From: Hyaloraphidium curvatum SAG 235-1
Taxonomy: Eukaryota > Fungi > Monoblepharomycota
Length of the DNA stretch: 64,000 nucleotides
Direction: 5' to 3'
Assembly: GCA_025558095.1 (NCBI GenBank)
Contig: JAIVFI010000015.1
Span: 372,001-436,000, forward strand
Shown: piece by piece, positions 55,101 to 64,000 of the stretch
Layout of the letters: each line of letters begins with the position of its first letter
Numbering within the stretch: position 1 is the stretch's first letter
Program-made: the position numbers and the translations under genes
Notes under the pieces: model-generated
Databases searched by the model: none
Told to the model about the DNA's origin: nothing
What the model saw: only the letters and a program-made list of their open reading frames with translations

Positions 55101-57035
55101 CGATTTGTGCTTCAATAGGAACGCAAACTCCGCAGAAGTGTACTCGTCGACTGCATGCAATGCCCAGCGTTCTCCATGCACCGTTGCAACGTCCGATTGT
55201 ATCAGGTCCCAGTGAGTCAGCTCAAACGGCCGCGAGACTTTCCGCTCCGACTCCGGATAGGGCAACTGATGCATCTTCCCCATCACGCACTCCTTACAGA
55301 AGTTGTTGAGGTTTCCAGCAAACACGTACTCCTCCAATCCATCCACAATCCCAGCCTGTTGAACCTTCCTGAGTGCCGCGATCGGGTAGTGCCCGCAGCG
55401 CCCATGCGCAATCTCCGCGCTCAAATCCCCTTCCTGAGCACTCAGCATGATCTGTTCGTCATGCTCGTTGAGGATTTCCGCGTTGAGATAGTAAACGTGA
55501 CGATCTATGCGGCAAGTGCCCCGCACGTCGCCGCCCTTGGTGATGGCCCCTCCATCCGGACCCAGAAGCGTGTAGTATCCCATCTGCCCTAGTCTCCCAA
55601 TCGAAATGAGCGTTGCAGGAAGATCTTTGATGAAAAGCACATCTTCCAGGGTGACGATGTCGCCAGAATTGGTGAGCTTGATCTTGAGCTTTCCGACTTC
55701 GATCGCACGCGCGATCCCTTTTCCCATTCGAACATCAACTGCATCGCACGGCTTGATGCCGTAGAGCAGTTCCCTGATTCCCGTCGCGTGCACGGACGCG
55801 CCGCTATCCCCCATCAGCCTGCCGCGCATCTCCTGGCCCGTCTTCGCCGCGTGCACGACGTGTTCCGGGGGTTTTTCGTATCCACCGTCCCCCATCGTCT
55901 CCCCATCGTTTCCCTCGATTCCGCCCTCCATCATGAACAGGAACGCGCCGAATCGATCTTCCAGATCGGGGAGATCGCCCAGGGTGAGCGTGTTCTGCTG
56001 CTCTCGTGCCGTTTTCCCATCGTCCTTCCTCCAGCACACGGCCTCGAGATGACCGTCCTTTCCGCACTTGTTGCAGGTTTTGTCACGATGGGTGCAGTCC
56101 TTCTTGACGTGTCCACCCTTCCCGCAGCAGAGGCACGTGATTCCCGAGCCGTTTTCGCCCTCCGCCGTGGCCTGCCGACCCCCGCGATTTCCGAATCCTC
56201 GCCCGCGACCCCTTGAACCCCCGCGGTCACCTCCATGGCCACCCCGTGATCCTCCGCGACCCCTGCCACGGTTTAGAGCGTACATCAACGTGTTTGGAGC
56301 GGGATTCACGGTTATGTTGGCTGCCCCAGGTGAGTACGTATCACCATTTTGCTCAGCTCGCTTGATCATAGTCTCCTCTTCCATCTCCATCCTCTTCTGA
56401 AGGTATGCAACGTTCAAGATAGGGTGTTTCTTCACTCCATTTTCAGTCTTCCACTCGTGTTTGGTCTGTGCTCCCAGCCAAATGCCGTCAATCTCGGCCC
56501 GGACTTGATCAAACTCAGGTAGGTCCTTCAGGACTTTCCTCCAGATGCTCATATCATCGTCATCTCCCTTCAGCTTTCCCAGTGCTTCAACTTCCATCTT
56601 TTTCTGCATGAAGCGGGTAAAATTCGGAGCCACCCGGTCGGTTTTGATGAACTCAAAGCTGTAGTACTGGACCTCGGCGTTCCCTTGCTGCGCCACATTT
56701 TCCGTCACGAAACGCTCCTCTAGGTAGTCCCAGATGTCCTTAGCAGTGTCCATCCTGCTGCAGATCCTTTTGAGACCAATAGAGAGTGATCCTACCAGGA
56801 TCCCTTGAGCTTTCTGGTCCTTCGTGTTCCAGGCTGACAAATCATCTTCCGTCTTTCCTCCCTGCCCTACCACGGGCTTTGCCACCTTTCCAGTCACAAT
56901 TTGCCAGTCACTCTCCCTCTGGAGCTTGGCCTTGATGTCAATTAACCAATCCTGGTAATTGGTTTGTGATCCGGTTTCCTCGAGCTTGGCCCCCCCAAAC
57001 AATGCCACACGGGTTCCTCCGACCGAAATCTCCAT
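52131..57035 (-). CDS. Copia Gag-Pol polyprotein, 1634 aa
   Basis: Two CCHC knuckles; protease DSGAS; HGRCGH/CKEC; integrase D-D-E (HWDLI, VDPGG, GVIERRNRT); RT QADANAAFL and HVDDF; RNase H YADASFA, TEAEY, EDN, QLADLLTK. Confidence 0.96.
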   Translation of the reverse strand: MEISVGGTRVALFGGAKLEETGSQTNYQDWLIDIKAKLQRESDWQIVTGKVAKPVVGQGGKTEDDLSAWNTKDQKAQGILVGSLSIGLKRICSRMDTAKDIWDYLEERFVTENVAQQGNAEVQYYSFEFIKTDRVAPNFTRFMQKKMEVEALGKLKGDDDDMSIWRKVLKDLPEFDQVRAEIDGIWLGAQTKHEWKTENGVKKHPILNVAYLQKRMEMEEETMIKRAEQNGDTYSPGAANITVNPAPNTLMYALNRGRGRGGSRGGHGGDRGGSRGRGRGFGNRGGRQATAEGENGSGITCLCCGKGGHVKKDCTHRDKTCNKCGKDGHLEAVCWRKDDGKTAREQQNTLTLGDLPDLEDRFGAFLFMMEGGIEGNDGETMGDGGYEKPPEHVVHAAKTGQEMRGRLMGDSGASVHATGIRELLYGIKPCDAVDVRMGKGIARAIEVGKLKIKLTNSGDIVTLEDVLFIKDLPATLISIGRLGQMGYYTLLGPDGGAITKGGDVRGTCRIDRHVYYLNAEILNEHDEQIMLSAQEGDLSAEIAHGRCGHYPIAALRKVQQAGIVDGLEEYVFAGNLNNFCKECVMGKMHQLPYPESERKVSRPFELTHWDLIQSDVATVHGERWALHAVDEYTSAEFAFLLKHKSEAEDWMMHFAEWVKNQFSLKVGCMRVDPGGKFSSKRLEAYCKNEGIKLESSVTNRPAQNGVIERRNRTAEEGTRTILIDSKAPKSLWGYALHHHINTRNRLPNTKTWQKGSTPFQLLTGRRANISHIRRFGETCYAIVDKDKRGKWDAKAVQCRYLGMSSRSKAFTVQNLETGRIFDSRDVVFEERWSNKTLKSYMRVLESRVLVEKLPEDADPSAVLNRRLAVEESAQPEELEASPETPRRVRSADPIDDGNQEHRGTQGDRVQRQPERQEAGGGGQRLEVGGTQHQSSSSGSRGADLRLSRDQRAQSESEDELVARGRGSGSSGSGDPGGGKAVGGSQLSGDRAAREATDQRGEPGGASSSSSGAQGGAGAAGTGSKIPFPTRSSSRAPRPPGEWWKAPNTSNEKEINVITLESINFLMEEVQDHLDWQGHLPTWEDMAHMDGIFAASTGARVPRNYAEAMRSEDREMWAKAMEREIGNFKSRDAYNIMGLPEGKEKFAVGSQFVFDLKPGADGSIVGEENYKARWVARGDWQDPSSFGQSFAPVPSAAAVRLFFWISAQNNMIVHQADANAAFLQAKLQENEEVYLYPAQGMDLPEFTDGRPTVIRPGVAVYGLVQAARAWHRHLHEILTEMGLIRCSKEYCIYFLRQDDWFLLMIIHVDDFGCSSTDEKRTIAFLEELGKRIKIRYMGRMKKFLALEIKQDEKAGTITIKQSNYIKKALEDFGMDTCNAVSVPMDVGVKLRKRKTELSAAEEQEIGRFPFRSMVGSWMYAMNFTRPDIALPIITESRHGMAPTREAVEQVKKTTRYLKGTADFGLVYKRDPNLDMTKALHGYADASFAGDLDTGKSTTGVVVMMGNGLIIYKSQLQPVVALSTTEAEYMALSYAGRQVAWLRSLLEELGFPQQGPTVIKEDNEGAIKLAQNPVFHERTKHIGVQYHFVREKIDSGEIQLEYINTEDQLADLLTKQLPREKFQRFRALMGIVEIRD

Positions 57036-57196
57036 CCCGGCCGCCGCAGCACCTCTAGTGCTTCACGCGCTCTTTCTAGCGCCCACTGAGTCCACCCAGG
57101 CGGTCCTGGAGACCAGACTCAGCTGGATGCGGTCCCCTCGGCTGGTTGCGCCACACGCAACTTCAAAGCCGCGCAAAAGTGTTCTGGACACCCTTT

Positions 57197-57208
57197 GGGC
57201 TCATAACC
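57197..57208 (-). other. Primer-binding site GGTTATGAGCCC (half tRNA-iMet type)
   Basis: Abuts the 5' LTR. It is complementary to the initiator Met tRNA anticodon arm GGGCUCAUAACC, as in copia/Ty5-type elements. Confidence 0.85.
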
Positions 57209-57432
57209 TGTTGGAGTGGCTATGGGGCGTGGGGAAGACGTAGCCCCAGTGGTCTGAACCGGGTCAGAACTCAGATGGACGGGATGGGGAGAGGGACAGT
57301 TTCACGTTGACCCGTTGTCCATTCCCTTGTGATGACAAGTCCCTAGATGACCCCTCCGATCGTACCCAAGTATCCCCACACGCCAATAGACTCCCTATTG
57401 ATACAGAATCGTAGCAACGATCCATTCCAACA
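57209..57432 (-). repeat. 5' LTR of copia family B (224 bp, TGTTGG...CCAACA)
   Basis: TG..CA termini with short inverted ends, and an adjacent PBS. Confidence 0.95.
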
Positions 57433-57779
57433 GGTCGGCATCACAGCGGCCTCCCCGCCGCCACGTAGTTAGCAGTTGAAGCCGTCATTGAAACCGTTGT
57501 AGGAAGAGTCGTAGTCATAGCCAATGTAGCCAAATGCAGGGTCGACACCAGCAGGATCAGCTTCAGCACCAGTAGCAGTGTCTTACCGGATGCAAATCAT
57601 CGTTGTCGAATGAGATCGTTGTCGAATGAGACAAAAGAGGACAGAGATGGTCAAAGGTCGGAGGAATGGGATGTAAAGGAGGAGGCGTCAGTCACCTTCG
57701 TCCGCATTAAGAGCGTCTTACCGTATGTAAAGGAGGAAAGGGGAAAGAGGAATCATGTTGGTAGAGAGTAGGCAGTCCG

Positions 57780-58005
57780 CGCCACACAGGCGATCGCCAC
57801 ACAGGCGGTTGGTGACACGCAGGCAATCAGCGCCACACAGGCAAATATCGCCACACAGGCGGAAACGCGCCACACAGGCGATCGGTGCCACACAGGCAAT
57901 CGGCGTCACACAGACGATCGGCGCCACACAGGCGAAGATGCGCCACACAGGCAAGAGCGCCACACAGGCGAGAGCGCCACACAGGCGAGAATGCGCCACA
58001 CAGGC
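57780..58005. repeat. Array of 13 copies of the 12-bp core CGCCACACAGGC with 3-7 nt variable linkers
   Basis: Cores start at 57780, 57795, 57813, 57831, 57849, 57868, 57886, 57904, 57922, 57941, 57958, 57975 and 57994. Three of them are degenerate. Confidence 0.92.
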
Positions 58006-59307
58006 GAGGATAGACGTACCATGCATCCCATGAGCCGGATCCTCGGCAATCATTGCATACTCCGGCGGTCGGTAAGGGCAATCTCGAGCAAGATGGTCCG
58101 TCCCATAGCACACGTAACACTTGCGTCCTCCCGGTCCTCCCGGAAGCTCAGCGTGCTCGGTTTGCTGAGGTAGTGTGGGTGTTTGGATAGCAGGTCTGGG
58201 AACCGGCTGCGAAACCGGCGGGGGCGCCCATCCACGACCACGTGCAGGCGCATAAGAGGCACCGCGCGGTCGGTACAGACCTCGCGGGGGCGCACGCAAG
58301 GGAGGCTGCCCCTGTTGGGTCACGTAAGTAGGATGGTGGGCGACCGGGCGGCCATAAGCCGGGCGTCCGATCGAGTAAGGCTGATAACGCATCTGCGGGT
58401 GGTACTGGGGACGACCAAGGATGCCACCACCACGGAGAGCTTGTTGGGGCGGCTGATAGGCAGCGAAACCGGGTCCGAATCCAGCAGGGGGCGGGAGCGT
58501 CGCCGGAGCTGTCATCTTGACAGGTGCATGGGGCATCTTGTTCCCTTGGGCTGTGTTAGCCGCATCCCGCATGCCATTGAACGAGAATGTTATACTCTCG
58601 CTCTTGCCGTCTTCGTCAAAGTGCCCGTCCTCGTCAATGACTCAGCCCCAGTATCCTTGGAGTTCCGCGAACGGGAAGCCTTCGGTGAACGTCACCATCA
58701 GAGCCACGTTGTAGTCTGAGAGTGGTTTCTTGTGCGCAAGTCTCTCTGACTTGATGCTCAGCAGCTCGTTGAAGTTTTGGTCCACAGTCTTTGAAGCGTC
58801 CCACTGCCACTTGTTTATGCGGACTTGGGACGCGTGTACCAAGTGCGCCTTTCCGACTTTGAACTTCTTGTGAATCGCGATCCAGAGGTCGTAGGCCGTC
58901 TTGGGCTCGTCGAACGCTTCCTGGAGGACGTCGTTGAGCATCAACATGAGCTCGCCGTAGGCCTTTTCGGCCGTCGTCCTGAACTTGTGTTCCGTGAGGA
59001 TCGAGTGCGCGGCCTTCTCTTCCTCGGCAAGGATGGTCTGCCTCTGCCGGTCTGTGGTTTCTGGAGCGGCGCTGCGCTCAGCAGCCCTCTTGCGGGCCTG
59101 CTCGAGCTGCCAGTCGATGCTGAGGACGTTGTTGATGACGTACTCGTACACCCCGAGCTTGTTGAGGTAGATGGGGGCCTTGCAGCGCCGAGTACATGAC
59201 CAAGATCGAGGAGGATCCAAGGCTCACGTTTCCACCACTTCTCAAAAACCCCTGGTCACAGGTGCCCAGAGACAGGTGCGGATGAGGTAGGTGGCGTGCC
59301 TGGTGTT

Positions 59308-59456
59308 TGTTGCGTCATTCCCCTCTCCCTAGAGCCGCCCTCCTAGGTTATTGTCTAGCCAAGATCCACCCATCCATCCAAGTCCAACATCCAACTCCAG
59401 GACCAACTCCAACTCGATCCAACGGCTCCAAACACATCCATCCATCCCCAGCAACA
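59308..59456. repeat. Short LTR-like sequence (TGTTGC...GCAACA, 149 bp)
   Basis: 6-bp inverted termini. Its last 40 nt match 47849-47888 with one mismatch. No TSD or PBS seen. Confidence 0.55.
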
Positions 59457-60207
59457 AGCTCTCCTGGTTGCGCAATACAACGACACACCGGCGCGACCGG
59501 ACGAGTTTCACAAAGCCGACCAACCACACCCCAAAGACCCCTGCAAAACACACAGTCAGTCAACGGGCGGCCGCCGTCCGAATCTCCTCATGGACTTATT
59601 ACAACGGTTTGGTGCCGTGAACCTCCCGCCCCGAGCCGATGGGTCCCGACACAATCGCGCGAGATGCGAGGCCTGCAGGGTTGCTTGCAGAAACTATGCC
59701 GGGACTAATTATCGGCGACAGATTGGCGAATTGCGAAGCGATCATACGAAAATCACGTCAGGCAAAACACCGCAACAGGTTTCGACCGGTTTGGAGGGTC
59801 TAGTCGGGAACGACAAGAGTATGTTGTTGTTGTTCGTGACGCCGGCACCGGCCACCACTGCCCAACAAGTAAATAGCGGTGTCAAGGTGTCTAGCGCCGA
59901 GAACGCGTGTCTAGCGCCGCAACTACGATGAGAAAGCACTATTCCCGTTTGCATGCGTCCGGGAACACCAATAGAAGAACCCCTGTGAAGGTTGCCGCGG
60001 AATAATGAGTCCTAGGGGCTCACTGCACCGCCGTTCTGGCGGATCCTCCCACCCTCAGTTCGTCCGCACTGCGGTACCGACGTTCCGCTACGTCTTTCTA
60101 TATCACATGCAGGGAATCGCCCGTTACCAGGTGCCTACGAAGGCGGCAAGTGCTACCGCCGGCGCCGCGCGAACGCGTGGCTCCCTCACCCGTCCAGCAA
60201 CCACACC

Positions 60208-61479
60208 AAGGTAGTTGGTGGATCGCAACTTTCTGGTGATCGTGCGGCTAGGGAAGCCACAGGCCAACGTGGGGAGCCTGGAGGAGCATCTTCATCAAGC
60301 AGCGGAGCTCAGGGAGGCGCTGGGGCGGCTGGAACGGGCTCTGTCTAAGGTACCTTTACCTACAAGGTTATCCAGCAGAGCTCCAAGACCTCCTGGGGAG
60401 TGGTGGAAAGCCCCCAACACGAGCAACGAGAAGGAGATCAACGTGATCACGCTGGAATTGATCAATTTCCTGATGGAGGAGGTCCAGGACCACCTGAACT
60501 GGCAGGGACACCTACCACCTTGGGAGGACATGGCACACATGGATGGAATCTTTGCTGCAAGCACTGGAGCACGTGTACCACGGAACTATGCAGAGGCAAT
60601 GCGTTCAGAGGATCGTGAGATGTGGGCCAAGGCAATGTGGAACGTGAGATTGGCAACTTCAAGAGCATCTCTGCGTACAACATCATGGGATTGCCTGAGG
60701 GCAAGGAAAAATTCGCGGTTGGAAGCCAATTTGTATTTGATCTCAAACCTGGAGCTGATGGCAGCAAACTACAAGGCTCGATGGGTGGCAAGGGGTGATT
60801 GGCAGGATCCATCTTCTTTTGGTCAATCCTTTGCACCTGTACCTTCTGCTGCTGCTGTACGGCTTTTCTTTTGGATATCTGCTCAGAAAACATGATTGTA
60901 CATCAGGCTGATGCAAATGCTGCATTTCCACAGGCTAAGCTCCAGGAGAACGAGGAAGTTTACTTGTATCCAGCTCAAGGGATGGATTTGCCTGAGTTTA
61001 CTGATGGAAGACCTGTTGGAGTGGCTATGGGGCGTGGGGAAGACGTAGCCCCAGTGGTCTGAACCGGGTCAGAACTCAGATGGACGGGAGGGGGAGAGGG
61101 ACAGTTTCACGTTGACCCGTTGTCCATTCCCTTGTGATGACAAGTCCCTAGATGACCCCTCCGGTCGTACCCAAGTATCCCCACACGCCAATAGACTCCC
61201 TATTGAGATAGAATCGAAGCAACGATCCATTCCAACAAGACCTACGGTTATTCGACCTGGAGTTGCGGTTTATGGACTTGTGCAAGCTGCACGTGCTTGG
61301 CACAGGCATCTGCACGAGATACTCACGGAGATGGGGCTTATACGTTGCTCAAAAGAGTATTGCATTTACTTTCTGCGGCAAGATGATTGGTTTCTGTTGA
61401 TGATTATTCATGTGGACGACTTTGGGGGTGTAGTTCCACGGACGAAAAACGGACGATTGCATTCCTTGAGGAGCTGGGA
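60208..61479 (+). pseudogene. Degenerate fragment of copia family B pol (IN-RT linker and RT N-terminus), opposite orientation to the intact copy
   Basis: Near-identical to the reverse complement of about 53050-54100, with indels. Interrupted by a solo LTR and cut off by a LINE. Confidence 0.9.
61014..61237 (-). mobile_element. Solo LTR of copia family B with TSD AGACC
   Basis: 224 bp, about five substitutions versus 57209-57432. AGACC lies at 61009-61013 and 61238-61242. Confidence 0.93.
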
Positions 61480-62739
61480 GCAGACGACACCACTTTGATC
61501 TCGAAGACGGTGAAGGATGCCAAGATGCAGCTGGATCTTCTGTCTGCATATGCCAGTGCCAATGGGCTGGAGATCAACGTCAGCAAGACAGAGTGGATGG
61601 CCAGGAGGACACCTCACCGTGTAAAGCTCATGTACAGGGACCAGGAGCTGAAGAGGGTTGACAGCTTCAAGCTTCTGGGGTATCAGCTGACCTCAACCGG
61701 CCGGAGCAAGGACCATGTGCATGGCAGAGAGGCCAAGATGAACGCTGCTTATGGGCTCTGGCTCCGTGACATCAGGGAGCAGCCTGGCATGAGTCCTGAC
61801 CTCCAGCTCAAGCTCTACAACACGAAGGTCAAGGCAGTGGGCCAATATGGGACCCCGTTTGTCGTGGAGATGCCGAAGGAGGAGTACCTTGCCGGGGAAA
61901 GCACTAGGGACAAAGTGACATGCATAGCTCTTCGTGCTGTCACTCATCTGCCCAAGTCTACCTCCCTGGCCTGTCTGTATGCGATCACTGGCCAGTACCC
62001 CCTTGCAGTTCATGACCACGAGTCGGCACTCAAGTTCCTCATGCGCATCAAAACAGCGGATCCTGCGCTGTACCTACTTTACAAAGAGCTCAAGATCGAG
62101 GCACTGAAGGGGTCCTGGAACTGGGCTGCCTTCCTGAGGGAACTACTTGTATACTATGGCGGCGAAGATGGGAGGGAGATGTGGGAGAAGGACACTTTCT
62201 CATGGCCCAAGGAGACTGTGGAGAATCTTGTGGAGGGCAAGTTCAGGGAGATCAATGCCCAGAGGCTCAAGGACAACGACAAACTGCACTTTTGGAGGAT
62301 GTGTGACATGACCTTTGGCCACATCGGACCGTCCCTGATCCGGGTGGAGAAGCACCGGAGGGATGTCCAAAAGTTGCTGTGCTCTACCCACGACCTGGAG
62401 GTGGAGATAGGCAGGCACCAAGGACTTGAGGTGCAGCAGAGAACGTGCAAGCATGACCCTGAGCACATTGGAGACGAACAACACTTTCTGTTTCACTGTT
62501 CAGCAAATGCGGAGCGGCGCCAGAAGCTGCAGACTAGATTGGAAGCACTAGGCCGCGAGTGGAACATGGAGACCTGCCTCTGGGCTCTTAGCATCAAGGA
62601 GTTCGAGCCCACGATCAAAGCGAGGCGGCAGAAGGAGAAGGCCCTCAACTCCATTGCCAGCTTCATCTCAAAGTCCATGAAGGACAGGAAAACTGGGAAA
62701 ATGAAAAAGACACACGACGACGATGAACTTTGCAATTAG
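61480..62739 (+). mobile_element. 5'-truncated non-LTR retrotransposon (LINE) ORF2 C-terminus
   Basis: Begins at ADDTTL (RT catalytic motif); GLEINVSKTEWM, VDSFKLLG, HDLEVEIGRH..RTCKHD..DEQHFLFHC (degenerate zinc knuckle). No poly(A) tail or TSD recognised. Confidence 0.85.
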
Positions 62740-62997
62740 CAGCAAACTGATGGTGTAACAGCGGCCAAGCCAGGGGCAGGTCCGGGTCACCAATACTATT
62801 CTTTTCCTCAACCCATGACTAGGCCATCTCCCAAGGCCCATCCTACACCACCACCACCAAGGAGCTGCAAAGATTCCGAAGAAGACTACCAGCATTCAGC
62901 GGAGCCGTGCAGTTTTGGTGGCCTTGACGAAGCAAGGGACAAAGCATATGGTGTTCCATGACTGAGCTACAAACATTCAAGTGGCTATGTGAGTCCC

Positions 62998-64000
62998 TCA
63001 CTCCTTGGGGTCACGTGCTATCCTCTTCACGGCAGTCTTGCTTATGTCATGGATGACGAATTTGTGCTTTGTCTTGATTGTCGGGGAGCCTTCATAAGTG
63101 AGCTTCTCCAAATCGCTGACATCCTTCCCCGAGCCCGCTCTTGAAGAGGCAAAAACCTACAAGGGAGGCGAGCACTCAACCTCATAGACAAAGGAGCGCA
63201 ATCAAAGTGTCTCTCGTACCTCTGGCAAAGTTGGATCATAGTCGTCCACACTCAGGAAGACCGGCGTCGATCGGAACGACACGCGGGTGCGTGGTGCCTC
63301 CTGGTACTCCTCCGACCGAACGCTCTCGGCCTCGAGCAGTTTTTCCATACGTTTCGTGAGCTGCGTCTGCATTACGGCACCCTGCGCTGAACGTCAGCCG
63401 AGCAGAGGGGAGTCCTACGGCTCAAGGCACCTGTTCCGCCAGTTTGCGCTCCAACACTTTGAGCTTCAGGATGGCCTGCACGCGAAGCATGGACAGCCCG
63501 TGCTCTTCGGCAAGCTTCCGCGGGGTCCATTCCTCAGGATCCTCCGAGAACTGGGCGAAAATGCGCTCCCTCAGGGCATCCGACACCGGCGGTACCACCC
63601 TGAAGTACGGATTCATGGGGAAGGGCTTCGCGGTGCCTGGCGTGAGACACCCAGTCGAACGCCATCGCAATTCAGCATGCTACCTGCACGTTGTTTCCAG
63701 TAACGAACCTACGAAACAGCGCCCGGTTAGTGTACCCTCCACAGTCTGCCCGCAGCACCGTTTACCGATTCGAAGGCTCCACCTTACGGAACCTTTCCAC
63801 CTTTTCCAGAGCAGTAGGTAGGTCCACCTTTCCCCCGCCATCGGCAGCTGCCGACCCGGAGCGTCGTTGCCGAACCACGCGTCCGGCGTGGAAGGTCCTT
63901 TGGAAGGTCCTCACGGCTCCGGATCCGCCGTCAACGCGGGCGCCGGGCACTCCAGCAGGACTGGAGATGAAGCTCGTACAGCATCGCGCGCAGACCGCGC
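62998..64000 (-). CDS. MRPS35: Mitochondrial ribosomal protein mS45 (Bot1/MRPS35 family); 5' end outside the window
   Basis: PFPMNPYF..PPVSDALRERIF..TPRKLAEEHGLSMLRVQAILKLK; later exons PVFLSVDD and KHKFVIHDIS..RDPKE. The 3' end is approximate. Confidence 0.78.

Larger units (their letters stand above)
51860..57432 (-). mobile_element. Full-length young Ty1/copia retrotransposon (family B) with identical LTRs and 5-bp TSD GGTCG
   Basis: LTRs 51860-52082 and 57209-57432; TSD 51855-51859 and 57433-57437; PBS 57197-57208; PPT 52083-52091; a single intact ORF. Removing the element and one TSD restores the family A frame (ATG CCG ACC TTG). Confidence 0.96.
47784..59456 (-). mobile_element. Decayed Ty1/copia retrotransposon (family A), host of nested insertions; outer boundaries approximate
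   Basis: gag at 59220-58010 (UBN2-like, knuckle CYVCYGTDHLARDC); protease DSGTS in 51186-51854; IN-RT-RH in 48222-51146. In-frame stops at 58642-58644, 57469-57471 and 51186-51188. A 40-nt LTR-end-like sequence is shared by 47849-47888 and 59417-59456. PPT-like tracts at 47889-47895 and 48011-48019. Confidence 0.75.

Noticed and set aside
57780-58005. Repeat-spacer-like array as a CRISPR or guide array for the Fanzor
   Set aside because: The repeats are only 12 bp, the linkers are 3-7 nt and similar to each other, the array lies inside a retrotransposon gag 50 kb away, and there are no cas genes.
62998-63300. mS45 gene truncated by the retroelement island
   Set aside because: A further intron and exon (..KHKFVIHDIS..RDPKE) supply a plausible C-terminus, so truncation is not supported.

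Overview
Gene-dense, GC-rich eukaryotic genomic DNA. Short (about 50-65 nt) GT/GC-AG introns with CTGAC/CTAAC branch sites and the gene content suggest an early-diverging fungus (inference). The main result is at 1-6755 (+). Hand-splicing 17 predicted introns gives one reading frame of about 1,900 aa that is still open at the left edge. It ends in a TnpB/Fanzor-type RuvC nuclease with all three predicted catalytic residues (TDPG, VREFRTS, RDINAAFNI) and a split CxxC/CxxC zinc finger. A hairpin-rich non-coding stretch (6756-6905) follows where an omega guide RNA would be expected. This looks like an unusually large, intron-rich Fanzor, a eukaryotic RNA-guided endonuclease, and no single ORF in the unspliced track shows it whole. 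About 7-47.5 kb is compact housekeeping genes: a NELF-A-like C-terminal-domain protein, glucosidase I, LDB17, VPS74, NTO1/BRPF, NCL1, SCYL1/CEX1, RAD26, a GT61-like gene, LRRC58-like, CCDC96-like, ARP10, MRPS5, KIAA0930-like, telomerase TERT, DBP2 (with an oversized, structured intron), SEC61, ARPC4 and an FPR3/4-type FKBP. About 47.8-62.9 kb is a nested retrotransposon island: an intact, very young Ty1/copia element inside a decayed copia, plus a solo LTR, a copia fragment, a 5'-truncated LINE and a 13-unit repeat array. The window ends in mitochondrial ribosomal protein mS45. All splice models were read by eye and no database searches were run.
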